Shown here: one piece after another, positions 51,714 through 62,700 of the stretch | Layout: every line of letters begins with the position of its first letter | How positions within the stretch are numbered: the first letter of the stretch is position 1 | Origin: a bacterium | GTDB lineage: Bacteria > SAR324 > XYD2-FULL-50-16 > G965216635 | Assembly: GCA_965216635.1 (NCBI GenBank) | Contig: OZ244188.1 | Location: 1,504,001-1,568,000, forward strand | Direction: 5' to 3' | DNA: 64,000 nucleotides | The notes under the pieces: generated by a model | Databases searched by the model: none | Seen by the model: the letters and a program-made list of their open reading frames with translations, nothing else | Told to the model about the DNA's origin: nothing | Position numbers and translations under genes: made by a program

Positions 51714-52841
51714 TTAGCTACTCGTAAGATAAGCTAGGTGATCTTTATTTTCTGGTTCTGCCGAATCATCACTGCTAGGTTTTTGACTTTTTTGATTATT
51801 CATTGCGTGAATAAATTGATAGCGAATTTTTCTACTAGTGTTTCTAGAACCATCTGGTTTGTAATTTATCTCGTCAAATTTTTTTAAAAGATTAGTTGGT
51901 TTTTGAAACATTTCTTTTTGAGAGGCTTGCTCTACTCCAAAGTTGCCAACTCTATCAATAGCATTAACTAATTCTTTCAGTTTTTTCTGATGTTTAAGGA
52001 TTATTTTTTTGTCTAGTATTCTTAATTTTTCCGAACCAAATATTTGCAGCAAAAGTTTGAATAAACCGTCTTTGGCAAGCATATCTGGGTGTAACGATTG
52101 GATTATGTTCTCCAAAATGAGAGTATGTTTAGGAGTTAAAATCAACTGCAAACAAACTTGATCCGAATGCACTTGAGAGGAGTGAATTTGTAAAGGTTTT
52201 AGAGGCTCTTTTTCTAACATACAAATCAATTGATTGATTTCTTCTAAAAGATTCATAAAATTTTTAATAGAATTCAAACTAGACCTAGAATTTAGGTCTT
52301 TTTGAAAAAATACTTGAGTAGACTTTTTGTCTTGATTATTTTCTTGATAAGAAACAAATAGTCTAGAAAAAACCTCAAATTTATGGACGAATGAATCCCA
52401 AAGCAGCATCGCTTCCCCGACTTCTTTTAAAAAAAGTTGTGAAATATCAGAGGGAATAATTTTTTCTTTTTTATATTGAAAAAATTCCCAATGCTTTTGA
52501 ACAATTTTATTTATAAGTTGACAGACCAAAGCAAGATCGTCAAATAGACCCAAGCTATTATTTTTTTTCTTAATCTCCTCTAGTTCAAAGTAGTTTTTTA
52601 AAAAACTATTTCTGATAGCTTCTAGTTTTTTTTCTTCACAAAAATCCACTTGAAAAACCTGCTCTTTTATTTCTTCAAAAAAGATATTTTTATCTTCTGC
52701 ACTCGCATGCATAAAAACTTTTTCGTAGAGTTCTTCGTGGATTGTTAAATAAAATCGGAACTCTTTATCTAATAATTCAGAAGTTTTGATATACTGGTTG
52801 TAAGCGTCTTTGTATTCTTGCAGTAGTTGTTTGTGTTCCAT
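51714..52841 (-). CDS. Hypothetical protein
   Basis: 375-aa ORF; no motif recognised. Confidence 0.7.
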   Translation of the reverse strand: MEHKQLLQEYKDAYNQYIKTSELLDKEFRFYLTIHEELYEKVFMHASAEDKNIFFEEIKEQVFQVDFCEEKKLEAIRNSFLKNYFELEEIKKKNNSLGLFDDLALVCQLINKIVQKHWEFFQYKKEKIIPSDISQLFLKEVGEAMLLWDSFVHKFEVFSRLFVSYQENNQDKKSTQVFFQKDLNSRSSLNSIKNFMNLLEEINQLICMLEKEPLKPLQIHSSQVHSDQVCLQLILTPKHTLILENIIQSLHPDMLAKDGLFKLLLQIFGSEKLRILDKKIILKHQKKLKELVNAIDRVGNFGVEQASQKEMFQKPTNLLKKFDEINYKPDGSRNTSRKIRYQFIHAMNNQKSQKPSSDDSAEPENKDHLAYLTSS

Positions 52842-52864
52842 AGTTTAGTTTAGTTTAGTTTAGT

Positions 52865-53158
52865 TTATCTTTTCTTTTTTCCTTTCATTATTTTTAAACT
52901 GGAATGGGAACCAATCCTTTCAAAAACGACTATTTTTTCTATTATCCTATACAATAAAACCAAATCAGGTTTTAGATGACAATTTCTATAAAATTTATTT
53001 TTTCCCATCGGATGATCTTTATATTTTTTAGGAATTTCTTTACAATTTTCAAGACAATCCAAAATTTCCTCAAATTCTGGAAGATGCTTATATCGTTTTA
53101 TTGCAGTTTGAAATTGTTTTTTGAACTTATGAGATTCTTTAATTTCTCTTTTTTTCAT
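52865..53158 (-). CDS. YafQ-family mRNA interferase toxin
   Basis: YKDHP....RNCHLKPDLVLLY...RIGSHS. Confidence 0.9.
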   Translation of the reverse strand: MKKREIKESHKFKKQFQTAIKRYKHLPEFEEILDCLENCKEIPKKYKDHPMGKNKFYRNCHLKPDLVLLYRIIEKIVVFERIGSHSSLKIMKGKKKR

Positions 53159-53723
53159 TCTCGTTTAAATATTCCATAAATTCTGCTGCTGTCTTAAACA
53201 CCCTAGGTTCAGGTTCAGAAAACATAGCAATCACAGTATCCATATTGGGTATGCCATCTCTAAAAACAGGGTAATAACTTTTAATTTTTTTTTTATCAAT
53301 CTCAATATTTCTCTGTCCTTTTTTATAGTATTGATCCCAAGGGCTATCTTTTTTATGCATCTCATCTATTATTTTACGAGTAGACATTTCGGCATAAATT
53401 TCTATAACAGCATCTAATACCTCCTTAACATCTTTATCTTTTTTATCTATAAAAGGGATTTCTTTTTTACCATTTTTATCTAAAATATAGGATTGTTCCG
53501 CTATTTCTTTGTCTTTATACCTTTTAAATTCGTGGTAAATAGTAGGAATAACAGGACCTAAATCCCAAGCCTGTATAGGTTCTTTGAATATTTCTCTTTC
53601 TTTGTAGACATAAGCAAACGCATAAGCAATATAAACAAATTTGTTAAGACGCAAATTGTCTATTTTCTTCATATTCTTAATGAAATAATTCGCTATGCAA
53701 GAAGCACTGTAGATTTTATCCAT
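53139..53723 (-). CDS. Panacea (DUF4065/SocA) antitoxin with a RelB/DinJ-like C-terminal tail
   Basis: IANYF, LRLNKFVY, IQAWDLGPV and H...SPW motifs; tail IPNMDTVIAM...FKTAAEFMEYL. Confidence 0.85.
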   Translation of the reverse strand: MDKIYSASCIANYFIKNMKKIDNLRLNKFVYIAYAFAYVYKEREIFKEPIQAWDLGPVIPTIYHEFKRYKDKEIAEQSYILDKNGKKEIPFIDKKDKDVKEVLDAVIEIYAEMSTRKIIDEMHKKDSPWDQYYKKGQRNIEIDKKKIKSYYPVFRDGIPNMDTVIAMFSEPEPRVFKTAAEFMEYLNENEKKRN

Positions 53724-53764
53724 TTTGAGTGTTAGTAATTAGCTAGTACGAAATTATAACAAAA

Positions 53765-55564
53765 TCACATACTTTTAGCAAGAGCAATAAAAGCTTCTTG
53801 CGGCACATCTACCTTGCCAAATTGTTTCATCCTTTTCTTCCCTTTTTTTTGTTTTTCCCATAACTTTCTTTTTCTAGTAATATCTCCTCCGTAGCATTTT
53901 GCAGTCACATTTTTTTTCATAGCACTCACAGTTTCTCGCGCTATAATTTTACTACCTAAAGCAGCTTGTAAGGCTACTTCATACATCTGGCGAGGTATTA
54001 GCTCTTTTAGTTTTTGAGTTAAGTATCTCCCTCTAGTGTAAGCTTTATCTCTATGTACTATCAAAGAAAGAGCATCTATAGCTTGTCCGTTGAGTAAAAT
54101 ATCTAGTTTGACCATTTTAGATTGACGGTAGTTTAAAAAATCATAATCCAAAGAAGCATAACCTTTAGTGGCAGATTTTAGACTATCAAAAAAACCAACT
54201 ACAATTTCACAAAGAGGAATTTCAAATTTTATACAAACCCTGCTTAAACCAATATAGCTAAAATCCGTTTGCAAACCTCGTTTTTCCACAGCCAGTTTAA
54301 TTACAGAACCAGCGTATTCTTCTGGGGTGCAAATAGAAGCCAAAACAAAGGGCTCTTCAATAAAACGGATTTCTCCTAAAGGTGGCATTTGGGATGGATT
54401 TTCTAATTTTACGATCGTATTTTTTGTAGTATGTACCCGAATATTTGTTGTCGGAGAAGTCACTAGCAGGTTAAGTTTAAATTCCCTTTCTAGTCTTTCT
54501 TGGACAATTTCTAAATGAAGCAATCCCAAAAATCCGCAACGAAATCCATAACCTAAAGCCACTGATGTTTCTGGTTCGTATTGCAAGGAAGAATCATTTA
54601 ATCTCAGCTTTGATAAAGAATCTTGCAATAGAGAAAAATCATCCGAATCCACAGGGTAAAGTCCACTAAAAACCATAGGTGTCAGAATTCTATAGCCGGG
54701 CAAAGGTTTTTCTGCTTTATTTTCAAAGCTGGTGAGAGTATCACCGATGCGGATATGATCTACATTTTTGATAGAGGCAGCCACAAAACCAACCTCTCCC
54801 GCTTGTAAAATTTGCACTTCTTTTTTCTGAGGACAAAATTTTCCTAATTGCACAACGGAGTATTCCTGTTTGGTTTCCATAAGAAAAATTTTTTCATTCA
54901 TCTTGAGGCTACCTTCTTGAATACGCACTAAAGCAATCACTCCTAGATAAGCATCAAACCAAGAATCAAAAATCAAGGCTTGCAGTTTGCCCGCCACACT
55001 TCCTTTGGGAGGTGGGATAAATTCTACTATTGCTTCTAATACATCTTTTATTCCAGTATTTTTTTTTGCACTTGTGTAGATTAAATTTTTCGTCCCAATA
55101 CCGATCACTTCTTGAATATCCTTTTTGATTCTTTCAGGGTCAGCCGAAGGTAAATCTATCTTGTTTAAAACAGGAATAATTTCCAAACCGTTATCTACAG
55201 CTATGTAGGCATTGGCAAGAGTTTGAGCTTCTATGCCTTGCGAGGCATCTACTAAAAGCAAAGCTCCTTCACAAGCCTGTATAGAGCGAGAAACTTCATA
55301 AGAAAAATCTACATGTCCGGGGGTATCAATAAAATTGATCTGGTAGGTTTTGCCATCATCAGCCTTATAATTAAGGCTAACGCTTTGGGCTTTAATCGTA
55401 ATACCTCGTTCGCGCTCTATATTCATAGAATCCAGGTATTGATTGGTACTTTCTCTCTCGCTAATCGCCTCTGTAAATTCCATCAAACGGTCTGCCAGTG
55501 TTGATTTTCCGTGATCTATATGGGCAATAATACATAGGTTCCGAATGGAATCAAGATTTATCAT
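53765..55564 (-). CDS. lepA: Elongation factor 4
   Basis: [24 protein letters not shown] and [10 protein letters not shown] motifs. Confidence 0.98.
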   Translation of the reverse strand: MINLDSIRNLCIIAHIDHGKSTLADRLMEFTEAISERESTNQYLDSMNIERERGITIKAQSVSLNYKADDGKTYQINFIDTPGHVDFSYEVSRSIQACEGALLLVDASQGIEAQTLANAYIAVDNGLEIIPVLNKIDLPSADPERIKKDIQEVIGIGTKNLIYTSAKKNTGIKDVLEAIVEFIPPPKGSVAGKLQALIFDSWFDAYLGVIALVRIQEGSLKMNEKIFLMETKQEYSVVQLGKFCPQKKEVQILQAGEVGFVAASIKNVDHIRIGDTLTSFENKAEKPLPGYRILTPMVFSGLYPVDSDDFSLLQDSLSKLRLNDSSLQYEPETSVALGYGFRCGFLGLLHLEIVQERLEREFKLNLLVTSPTTNIRVHTTKNTIVKLENPSQMPPLGEIRFIEEPFVLASICTPEEYAGSVIKLAVEKRGLQTDFSYIGLSRVCIKFEIPLCEIVVGFFDSLKSATKGYASLDYDFLNYRQSKMVKLDILLNGQAIDALSLIVHRDKAYTRGRYLTQKLKELIPRQMYEVALQAALGSKIIARETVSAMKKNVTAKCYGGDITRKRKLWEKQKKGKKRMKQFGKVDVPQEAFIALAKSM

Positions 55565-55567
55565 AAT

Positions 55568-56059
55568 CTAAGTAATTCGCTTCCCTTTTTTTAAACCTGT
55601 TTTTCCAGTTCGCATACTTTCCAATACAATTTTCTCTCCAAATTCTTGGATAATGCTATCTACTTTTTCTGTAGAACCAGAAACCTCTACCATCAAAACA
55701 TCTTCTGAAAAATCCAACATTCTAGCTCCATAAAAATCTATAGTGTGGTTTATTTTTGACGCGTTCTTTTCGTTATAATCCAGTTTTAAAATTGCAAATT
55801 CACGAACAACAGAATCTTCTGGGTGGAGCTCGTTGGTTGTCAATACATGGATGATTTTTTGAGTCTGTTTTCTGACCTGCTCTAAAGTTTTATCATCGCC
55901 ATAAAGCACAATAGTAAAACGGCTAATACCTTTTTTACTGGTATTACCCACTGTCAAACTATCAATATTAAAACCTCTCCTAGAAAACAGACTAGCAATC
56001 CTTACCAGAACCATAGGTTTATCTTCTACTTCTATAGAGAAGATGTGTTTTTGTTCCAC
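55568..56059 (-). CDS. ilvH: Acetolactate synthase small subunit
   Basis: ACT domain, LFSRRGFNIDSLTVG, terminal RTG. No large subunit adjacent. Confidence 0.9.
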   Translation of the reverse strand: MEQKHIFSIEVEDKPMVLVRIASLFSRRGFNIDSLTVGNTSKKGISRFTIVLYGDDKTLEQVRKQTQKIIHVLTTNELHPEDSVVREFAILKLDYNEKNASKINHTIDFYGARMLDFSEDVLMVEVSGSTEKVDSIIQEFGEKIVLESMRTGKTGLKKGKRIT

Positions 56060-56658
56060 TACTCGGTTGTAAATTTTATCTGCATAGATTTTATTACGGC
56101 GGGTCTAGCTGCAATCCTATCAATCCACTTTTCTACTTTAGGATATTTTTCAAAAGAAATTTCATAAAAACTAGGTTTTCTCATCCAAGGAAAAAGAGAA
56201 ATATCCGCTATGGAATAATCCCCTGTAATATAACCCTCTTCGGAAAGACTATTTTCTACCACAGTATAAAGCCTATTCATTTCATCGCTGTAACGTTTTA
56301 TGGCGTAAGGTATTTGCTCTTCTGCGTGCATAAAATGCCCCAGCTGCCCGAACATAGGACCCACACCCCCCATTTGAAACATAAGCCACTGGATTACATT
56401 ATAGCGAGCTTTTATTTCTTTCGGTAAGAATTTTCCTGTCTTTTCAGCTAGATAGAGCAAAATAGCTCCAGATTCAAAGACAACCAAATCTCCATCTACC
56501 AAAGTAGGAATTCTCCCGTTAGGATTAAGTTTCACATAGTCTGGTTTTTTTTGAGTGCCATCCAAAGGCACTTTTACAAGTTCAAAATCAACCCCAATTT
56601 CCTCTAACATAATCAGAGGTTTGTAGCCGTTAGGCGTTGTCCATAAGTGTAGTTTCAT
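56059..56658 (-). CDS. Glutathione S-transferase (YfcG-like)
   Basis: TPNG, NPNGRIP, FESGAILLYLAEK and QWLMFQMGGVGPM motifs. Confidence 0.93.
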   Translation of the reverse strand: MKLHLWTTPNGYKPLIMLEEIGVDFELVKVPLDGTQKKPDYVKLNPNGRIPTLVDGDLVVFESGAILLYLAEKTGKFLPKEIKARYNVIQWLMFQMGGVGPMFGQLGHFMHAEEQIPYAIKRYSDEMNRLYTVVENSLSEEGYITGDYSIADISLFPWMRKPSFYEISFEKYPKVEKWIDRIAARPAVIKSMQIKFTTE

Positions 56659-56953
56659 TTTTTTTTTATTCTGGAAAGATTAAGTTTTTTCGAGTACAGC
56701 CTAAAAAGGCTATAATCTAAGTAGACTATAGTTTGTTTGTTTTAAATAAACAAGGGAGATTTTGTAAATAAAGAGAGAAGTTTTTGGAAACTTTTGGGTT
56801 AGTTTTTTGGAAAATATTTTAGCTGAAAGATAATCTATCAGAGATAGGCTAGACCTTTGCCTGACCAATAAAAAAAAATGTAGTGAAAAAACTAAGGAAT
56901 TAAAATTTATTTATTAATCCAAATTATTTTTTGCAATGTATGAGGCTAATTAA

Positions 56954-57964
56954 TTAAAAAACAAAATCAAAATTCAAACTCAACCCAGAAAAAGTCACAG
57001 TTTTTTGAACTTCTGTATAATAACTAATATCTGTTAAATCATATGTGAATTGTGTATGTAAATAATTTACTGAAAATTGAAAATAATTAGAAAAAGACCT
57101 GTAATAACCAATTTCCAAACCAAAAGTCGTACCACTCCCAGATTCATCAGTTAAAATCTCATTACTATTGGTTATGAAATTTTCACTATTTAATAATAAT
57201 TCTCCTCTACCAAATCCCAAACCAAGAAGCAATCCAGAAGGCTTAGAGAAAAATTCATACATAAAGATTTGATTTTGAATACTCCCAAATTCAGTTTCCC
57301 ATTTATAAACGGCTAAAGCCAATTGACCATTTTCAAACTGCCACCCTACTTTAAAACCAGAGCTAGAACTTATGGAATGAGTTTTTTTTTCTTCAAAACA
57401 TCCAAAGCAAGTATTTTCTGAACCCGGGAGTTTTTCTGTTATTTCTATGTCAATATTTCCCCAAAAAAGAGGAGTTATTCCAATAAATAATCTATCTTTA
57501 GATTTCTTATTGGTATCATAAATTTTTTCTTTTTTTCTTCTTAATTTTTCTTCTTCTTCAAGTCGTTCTATTTCTAACTCTTTTTCTTTTATAAATTCTT
57601 TTTGTGTTAATTTTTTTTGTATTTTTAATTCTTTTTCTAGTTCTTTCTTATCTTTTGCTTGACTGCTGCAACTTTCTATTGCATCTTCTACCAATTGATT
57701 ATAAGTAATTTCTTCATTTTCTGTTGATTGTATTCTTTCTTTTTTCATACAAAGATCAAAATCTTTTGCGATCTCGGTAGACCAACCTAACCTTGCTCTA
57801 ACACCACAAATTTTTCTAGCAATTTCTCTAGATTCACTATTAGAAACTTCTTGTTTTTCTGCTTTTAATTTTTCCAGCTCCAAACAATCACTAATTTCAT
57901 CTGCTAGTAGATTAGTTAAACTAAAAAGCAAACCTATAAAAAAGAAAATTATAATTTTTTTCAC
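56954..57964 (-). CDS. Hypothetical exported protein: Cys-bridged helical/coiled-coil N-terminus plus C-terminal beta-barrel
   Basis: Signal peptide, charged helix, amphipathic strands ending FDFVF. Confidence 0.6.
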   Translation of the reverse strand: MKKIIIFFFIGLLFSLTNLLADEISDCLELEKLKAEKQEVSNSESREIARKICGVRARLGWSTEIAKDFDLCMKKERIQSTENEEITYNQLVEDAIESCSSQAKDKKELEKELKIQKKLTQKEFIKEKELEIERLEEEEKLRRKKEKIYDTNKKSKDRLFIGITPLFWGNIDIEITEKLPGSENTCFGCFEEKKTHSISSSSGFKVGWQFENGQLALAVYKWETEFGSIQNQIFMYEFFSKPSGLLLGLGFGRGELLLNSENFITNSNEILTDESGSGTTFGLEIGYYRSFSNYFQFSVNYLHTQFTYDLTDISYYTEVQKTVTFSGLSLNFDFVF

Positions 57965-57979
57965 AATAACTTTTAGTTT

Positions 57980-58225
57980 TTAAGTATCTTTTTTTGTGTT
58001 TGATGAAATTGCAGTTCTAATAGTTTTTAGTTCAATATTTGTATTATATTGCTCTACCATTCCACCTAATATAAACAAATCCACAAAAGCACCCATTCCT
58101 AAAACTCCACCAGTCAATATCCAAATAATTCCTGTTCCGTATTTTCTTAGATAGAATCTATGCAACCCAAGCCATCCGAAAAAACCACACAACCATAAAA
58201 CATAAGCCAATCCTTTACTTTTCAT
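57980..58225 (-). CDS. TM2/NINE-domain protein
   Basis: KSKGLAYVLW...GLHRFYL...G.IW..TGG...VDLF. Confidence 0.9.
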   Translation of the reverse strand: MKSKGLAYVLWLCGFFGWLGLHRFYLRKYGTGIIWILTGGVLGMGAFVDLFILGGMVEQYNTNIELKTIRTAISSNTKKDT

Positions 58226-58362
58226 ATTTGTTTTTTAGTTAAAGTTACTAAGAGTAGATAAAAATCTGCTTATACATAAAAAAAATTACGCTAAATCAAA
58301 GAAAAAATCAATCAATCTTTGCACTCCAAGACCACTGCTTTGCAAACTGTTAATTCAAAGGT

Positions 58363-58692
58363 TTATTTTATTATAAAATAATCTTTTTCTATTTTACAAA
58401 TTTGAATAGAATAGGCATCGTACCATTTTTCTTTTCCTTTTTTCTGGGCTGAAAGATGCTCTAAATTTTCTTTCCATTTTTTGATAGCTGCAAGATCTTC
58501 CCAATAGCTAACCGTAATTCCTAAAGCTCCTTCTCTCACAGTAGAAAATCCCAAAAATCCTTCACTCTTTTTGACTAATTCCAGCATTCTGTCAGCTGTC
58601 TGCGAATAGCCTTTATTCTCTTTTGATAGAAAAGAGCGAAAAACCACCGCGTAACAACCTTCGCCTATTTTAGAAAAAATTTGTCTACTCAT
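58363..58692 (-). CDS. Antibiotic biosynthesis monooxygenase (ABM) family protein
   Basis: YAVVF.S, GITVSYW and H..AQ..G..KWY motifs. Confidence 0.88.
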   Translation of the reverse strand: MSRQIFSKIGEGCYAVVFRSFLSKENKGYSQTADRMLELVKKSEGFLGFSTVREGALGITVSYWEDLAAIKKWKENLEHLSAQKKGKEKWYDAYSIQICKIEKDYFIIK

Positions 58693-58757
58693 TGTTTTAA
58701 TGATATACTAAAATAAAACAAAATACAAAACAAATGCTTTCAGAGACCTCTTTCTTT

Positions 58758-59714
58758 ATGAAAACAATCAAAAAAGCATTCCTTTTTTACTCCCCTGCCA
58801 AAATCAACTTAAACTTGCATATTTTAGCAAAAAGAAAAGACGGTTACCACGAACTAGAAACAGACCTTGTTCCTATTGATTTTTGGGATAGCTTTGCACT
58901 GCTTCCAGCTACTCCCCCCCAAATAAACCAGAAAAACACAGACCAGAAAACCATAGACCAGAAAAACACAGACCAGAAAAAAATTCAAAAAAACTACAAA
59001 CTTTCAGATAAAGAAGATTTAACCTGTAAAGCGATAGAGCTTTTAGAACAAACTTCAAAAACGAATTTTGGATTTCAACTGAAAGTAGAAAAAACCATTC
59101 CTTGCGGAGCTGGACTAGGAGGAGGAAGTAGCAACGCAGCAGCGGTACTTTTTGCTTTCAATCAAATATTTTCTCTAGGATTTGATTTAAAAAAACTAGC
59201 CCAACTAGGCAAACAACTAGGAGCCGATGTGCCTTTTTTTTTACACCAAAAACAACTGAGAATGGGAGGCATCGGAGAAAAAATAATACAAACTATAAAT
59301 ATTCCTAATTACCCTTTACTGCTCTTAATACCAGACTTTCAAAGCAATACGAAAGAAGCCTATCAAAACTACAAACCATCCAATAGTTCACCGCCACAAA
59401 AAACAGACTACCGCACTACTGGAATAAAAAAAATTTCTGTAAAAGACAACCACCTTTACCCCTCTGTATTAAAAACACAGCCTCTACTAAAAAACTATCT
59501 ACAAATACTAAAATCCACTCAACCTCTCACCGTTCAAATGAGCGGCTCTGGAAGTAGCCTCTTTGCAGTCTACGAAACCTTAGAAAAAAGAGAAATAGCT
59601 TGGAATGAATTAAACCCTCTAAAAAAAGAACAGCAAAAAGAACAGCAAAACTTCACCCTCTACAAAACCCAAATTCTACCCACCTTTGATTTTTTCTTAA
59701 AAAATGTTTTTTGA
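58758..59714 (+). CDS. ispE: 4-diphosphocytidyl-2-C-methyl-D-erythritol kinase
   Basis: PAKINL.L...R.DGYHEL, GAGLGGGSSNAA, GADVPFF and MSGSGS motifs. Confidence 0.93.
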   Translation: MKTIKKAFLFYSPAKINLNLHILAKRKDGYHELETDLVPIDFWDSFALLPATPPQINQKNTDQKTIDQKNTDQKKIQKNYKLSDKEDLTCKAIELLEQTSKTNFGFQLKVEKTIPCGAGLGGGSSNAAAVLFAFNQIFSLGFDLKKLAQLGKQLGADVPFFLHQKQLRMGGIGEKIIQTINIPNYPLLLLIPDFQSNTKEAYQNYKPSNSSPPQKTDYRTTGIKKISVKDNHLYPSVLKTQPLLKNYLQILKSTQPLTVQMSGSGSSLFAVYETLEKREIAWNELNPLKKEQQKEQQNFTLYKTQILPTFDFFLKNVF

Positions 59715-59739
59715 CAATCCAGCCAAAAAAATATACAAT
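59711..59739 (+). promoter_or_regulatory. Sigma70-like promoter for the TPR-ATPase operon
   Basis: TTGACA-17 nt-TACAAT, 25 nt upstream of the ATG. Confidence 0.7.
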
Positions 59740-59764
59740 ACAAAAAATCCCATCCTAAAAAACA

Positions 59765-62700
59765 ATGAGTAAAGAAGCAGAAAGATATTTTAATAGTGGT
59801 TTGGAAAAAGCTAAACAAAAAAACCACACAGGAGCTATTGCAGATTTTGACAAAACCATAGAGTTAATAGACCTAATTATAGAACCAAATCTAAACAAAA
59901 ATCTTGCAGCAACTTACAACAACCGAGGATTAGCAAAATATAATCTCAAACAATACAAAGAATCTATTGCAGATTTTGATAAAGTCATAGAATTAAACCC
60001 AAAAGATACAATAGCCTATGCTTACCGAGGTGATGCAAAAGCTGAACTCAAACAACACAAAGAAGCTATTGCAGATTACAACGAAGCCATAGAACTAAAC
60101 CCCAAAGATGCAATAGCCTATACTTGCCGAGGCAACGTAAAAGCTGAACTCAAACAATACGATGAAGCTATCAAAGATTATAACCAAGCCATAGAACTAG
60201 ACCCAAATAATGCTCCTGCCTACTACAACCTAGGTAACATAAAAGCTGAACTCAAGCAATACGACAAAGCTATCGCAGACTTTAACAAAGCCATAGAACT
60301 AAACCCAAAAGATGCTCCAGCCTACAACAACCGAGGAGTTGCAAAAGTTAAACTCAAACAATACGACGAAGCTATTGCAGACTACAACAAAACCATAGAA
60401 TTAAACCCAAAAAATGCAAGCGCCTACTACAACCGAGGCAACGTAAAAGCTAAACTCAAACAACACAAAGAAGCTATCGCAGATTTTGACAAAGCCATAG
60501 AACTAAACCCAAATCTTGCAGAAGCCCACAACAACCGAGGCTCTGCAAAAGTTAAACTCAAACAATACTACGAAGCTATTGTAGACTACGACAAAGCCAT
60601 AGAATTAAACCCGAAATATGAAAGCGCCTACACGAACCGGGGAATTGCAAAAGCTGAACTAAAACAATACAAAGAAGCTATCACAGACATTGACAAAGCC
60701 ATAGAACTAAACCCAAAATATGCAGATGCCTACAACAACCGAGGAGTTGCAAAAGCTGAACTCAAACAATACGACAAAGCTATTGCAGACTACGACAAAG
60801 CTATAGAGCTAGACCCAAAATATGCACTTGCCTACACGAACCGAGGCATTGCAAAAGCTAAACTCAAGCAATACGACGAAGCTATTGCAGACTACAACAA
60901 AACCATAGAATTAAACCTAAAAGATGCAACTGCCTACTACAACCGAGGCAACGTAAAAGCTAAACTCAAACAATACAAGGAAGCTATTGCAGACTTTGAC
61001 GAAGCCATAGAACTAAACCCAAACTATGCACATGCCTACAACAACCGAGGCATTGCAAAAAATGACCTCAAACAACACGAGGAAGCTATACAAGATTATA
61101 ATAAAGCCATAGAACTAAACCCAAACTATGCACCTGCCTACTACAACCGAGGCAATGCGAAATTTGGCCTTAAACAATACAAAGAAGCTATCGCAGATTA
61201 CGACAAAGCTATAGAACTAAACCCAAAGTATGCACTAGCCTACTACATCCGAGGATTGACTTACCAAGAATTAAAAGAAGCAGAAAAAGCAAAAAAAGAT
61301 TTTCAAACAGCCAGCGAATTAGACCCAAAGTATGCACTAGCCTACTACATCCGAGGATTGACTTACCAAGAATTAAAAGAAGCAGAAAAAGCAAAAAAAG
61401 ATTTTCAAACAGCCAGCGAATTAGACCCAAAATTTTCAAAACCCTCTGACAATAAAGATTTAAAATATATTCAACAATACATAAATACCATTGCCCCCTC
61501 TCAACCACAAGTTGATCCTATATTAGAGAACACTACATCTGGAACAACCTCCCCTAGTAAAATTATTGCAAAAATAAAACTAGAAGAACTAGGAGTCTTG
61601 CGAAAAACAGAATTTACGCTAGGAGATTTAACCATTATATGCGGCAAGAACAACACTGGCAAAACCTACGCTAGCTATAGCTTGTATGGATTTTTATTTT
61701 TTTGGAGAGAATTATTAAAAATTCAAATCCCCGATTCTGTAATCAAGGATCTTCAAACAAAAAGTGTATCCAGAATCAACATCAAAGAATATTTGGAAAA
61801 AAAAGACGCTATTCTTAAAGAGGCTTGCGCAGAATATTCCGCTCAAATCTCAAAAATATTTGCGGCTCATCCAAGCAAATTTCAAAAAGCAAAATTTTCA
61901 ATAAATTTGAACAAACCCGAATTGCAAGTCATAGAGCAAACCAAAAAAGTTGGTTCTGAAGATATTTTTTCCTTATCAAATAAAAAAAATTCTGAGGAAT
62001 TGGTTGTATCTTGGCTAGGGAATATACAAAAAAATGGCTTTCCAATGGAAGCTATAAAAAAAGACATAGAAGCTACCCTAGTCAGTATTATATTTACTTC
62101 AGCTTTTCCGAGAGCTTTTTTTATAAGCACAGAACGCACAGGAGCGGTGATTTTTCGCAAAGAGCTAATTTATACTCTAAACCAACTTATAAAAAAATTC
62201 GCTCAAGGAATCAGTATCAATTTAGACGAATTATTGCCGCATCTATCTCTCAACTATACTCTACCTGTAGAACGTGATATAGAATTTGCCCGAGAATTAG
62301 ACACTGTAACCAAAAAAAATAGTTTTATTGCAGCTAGCCACCCAAAAATAATAACTGAATTTGAAAAAAACATTCTCGGAGGGAGTTTTATCATAGTTAA
62401 TGATATAATCTATTTCCAACCCACTGGAACTACAACTAAACTTATGCTTAATGAATGCTCTAGTTCAGTGCGTTCTTTGTTGGATCTCAGTTTTTATCTA
62501 AAACACGAATCCCAAAAAGAAAATTTACTCATCGTAGACGAACCAGAATTAAACCTGCACCCAGAAAACCAAAGGAAAGTAGCCAGACTTTTTGCTCGCT
62601 TGATAAATATAGGTATTCAAGTTTTCATTACTACCCATAGCGACTATATTATCAAAGAGCTAAATACTCTAATAATGCTCAGCAAAAAAGAGGCTTACCT

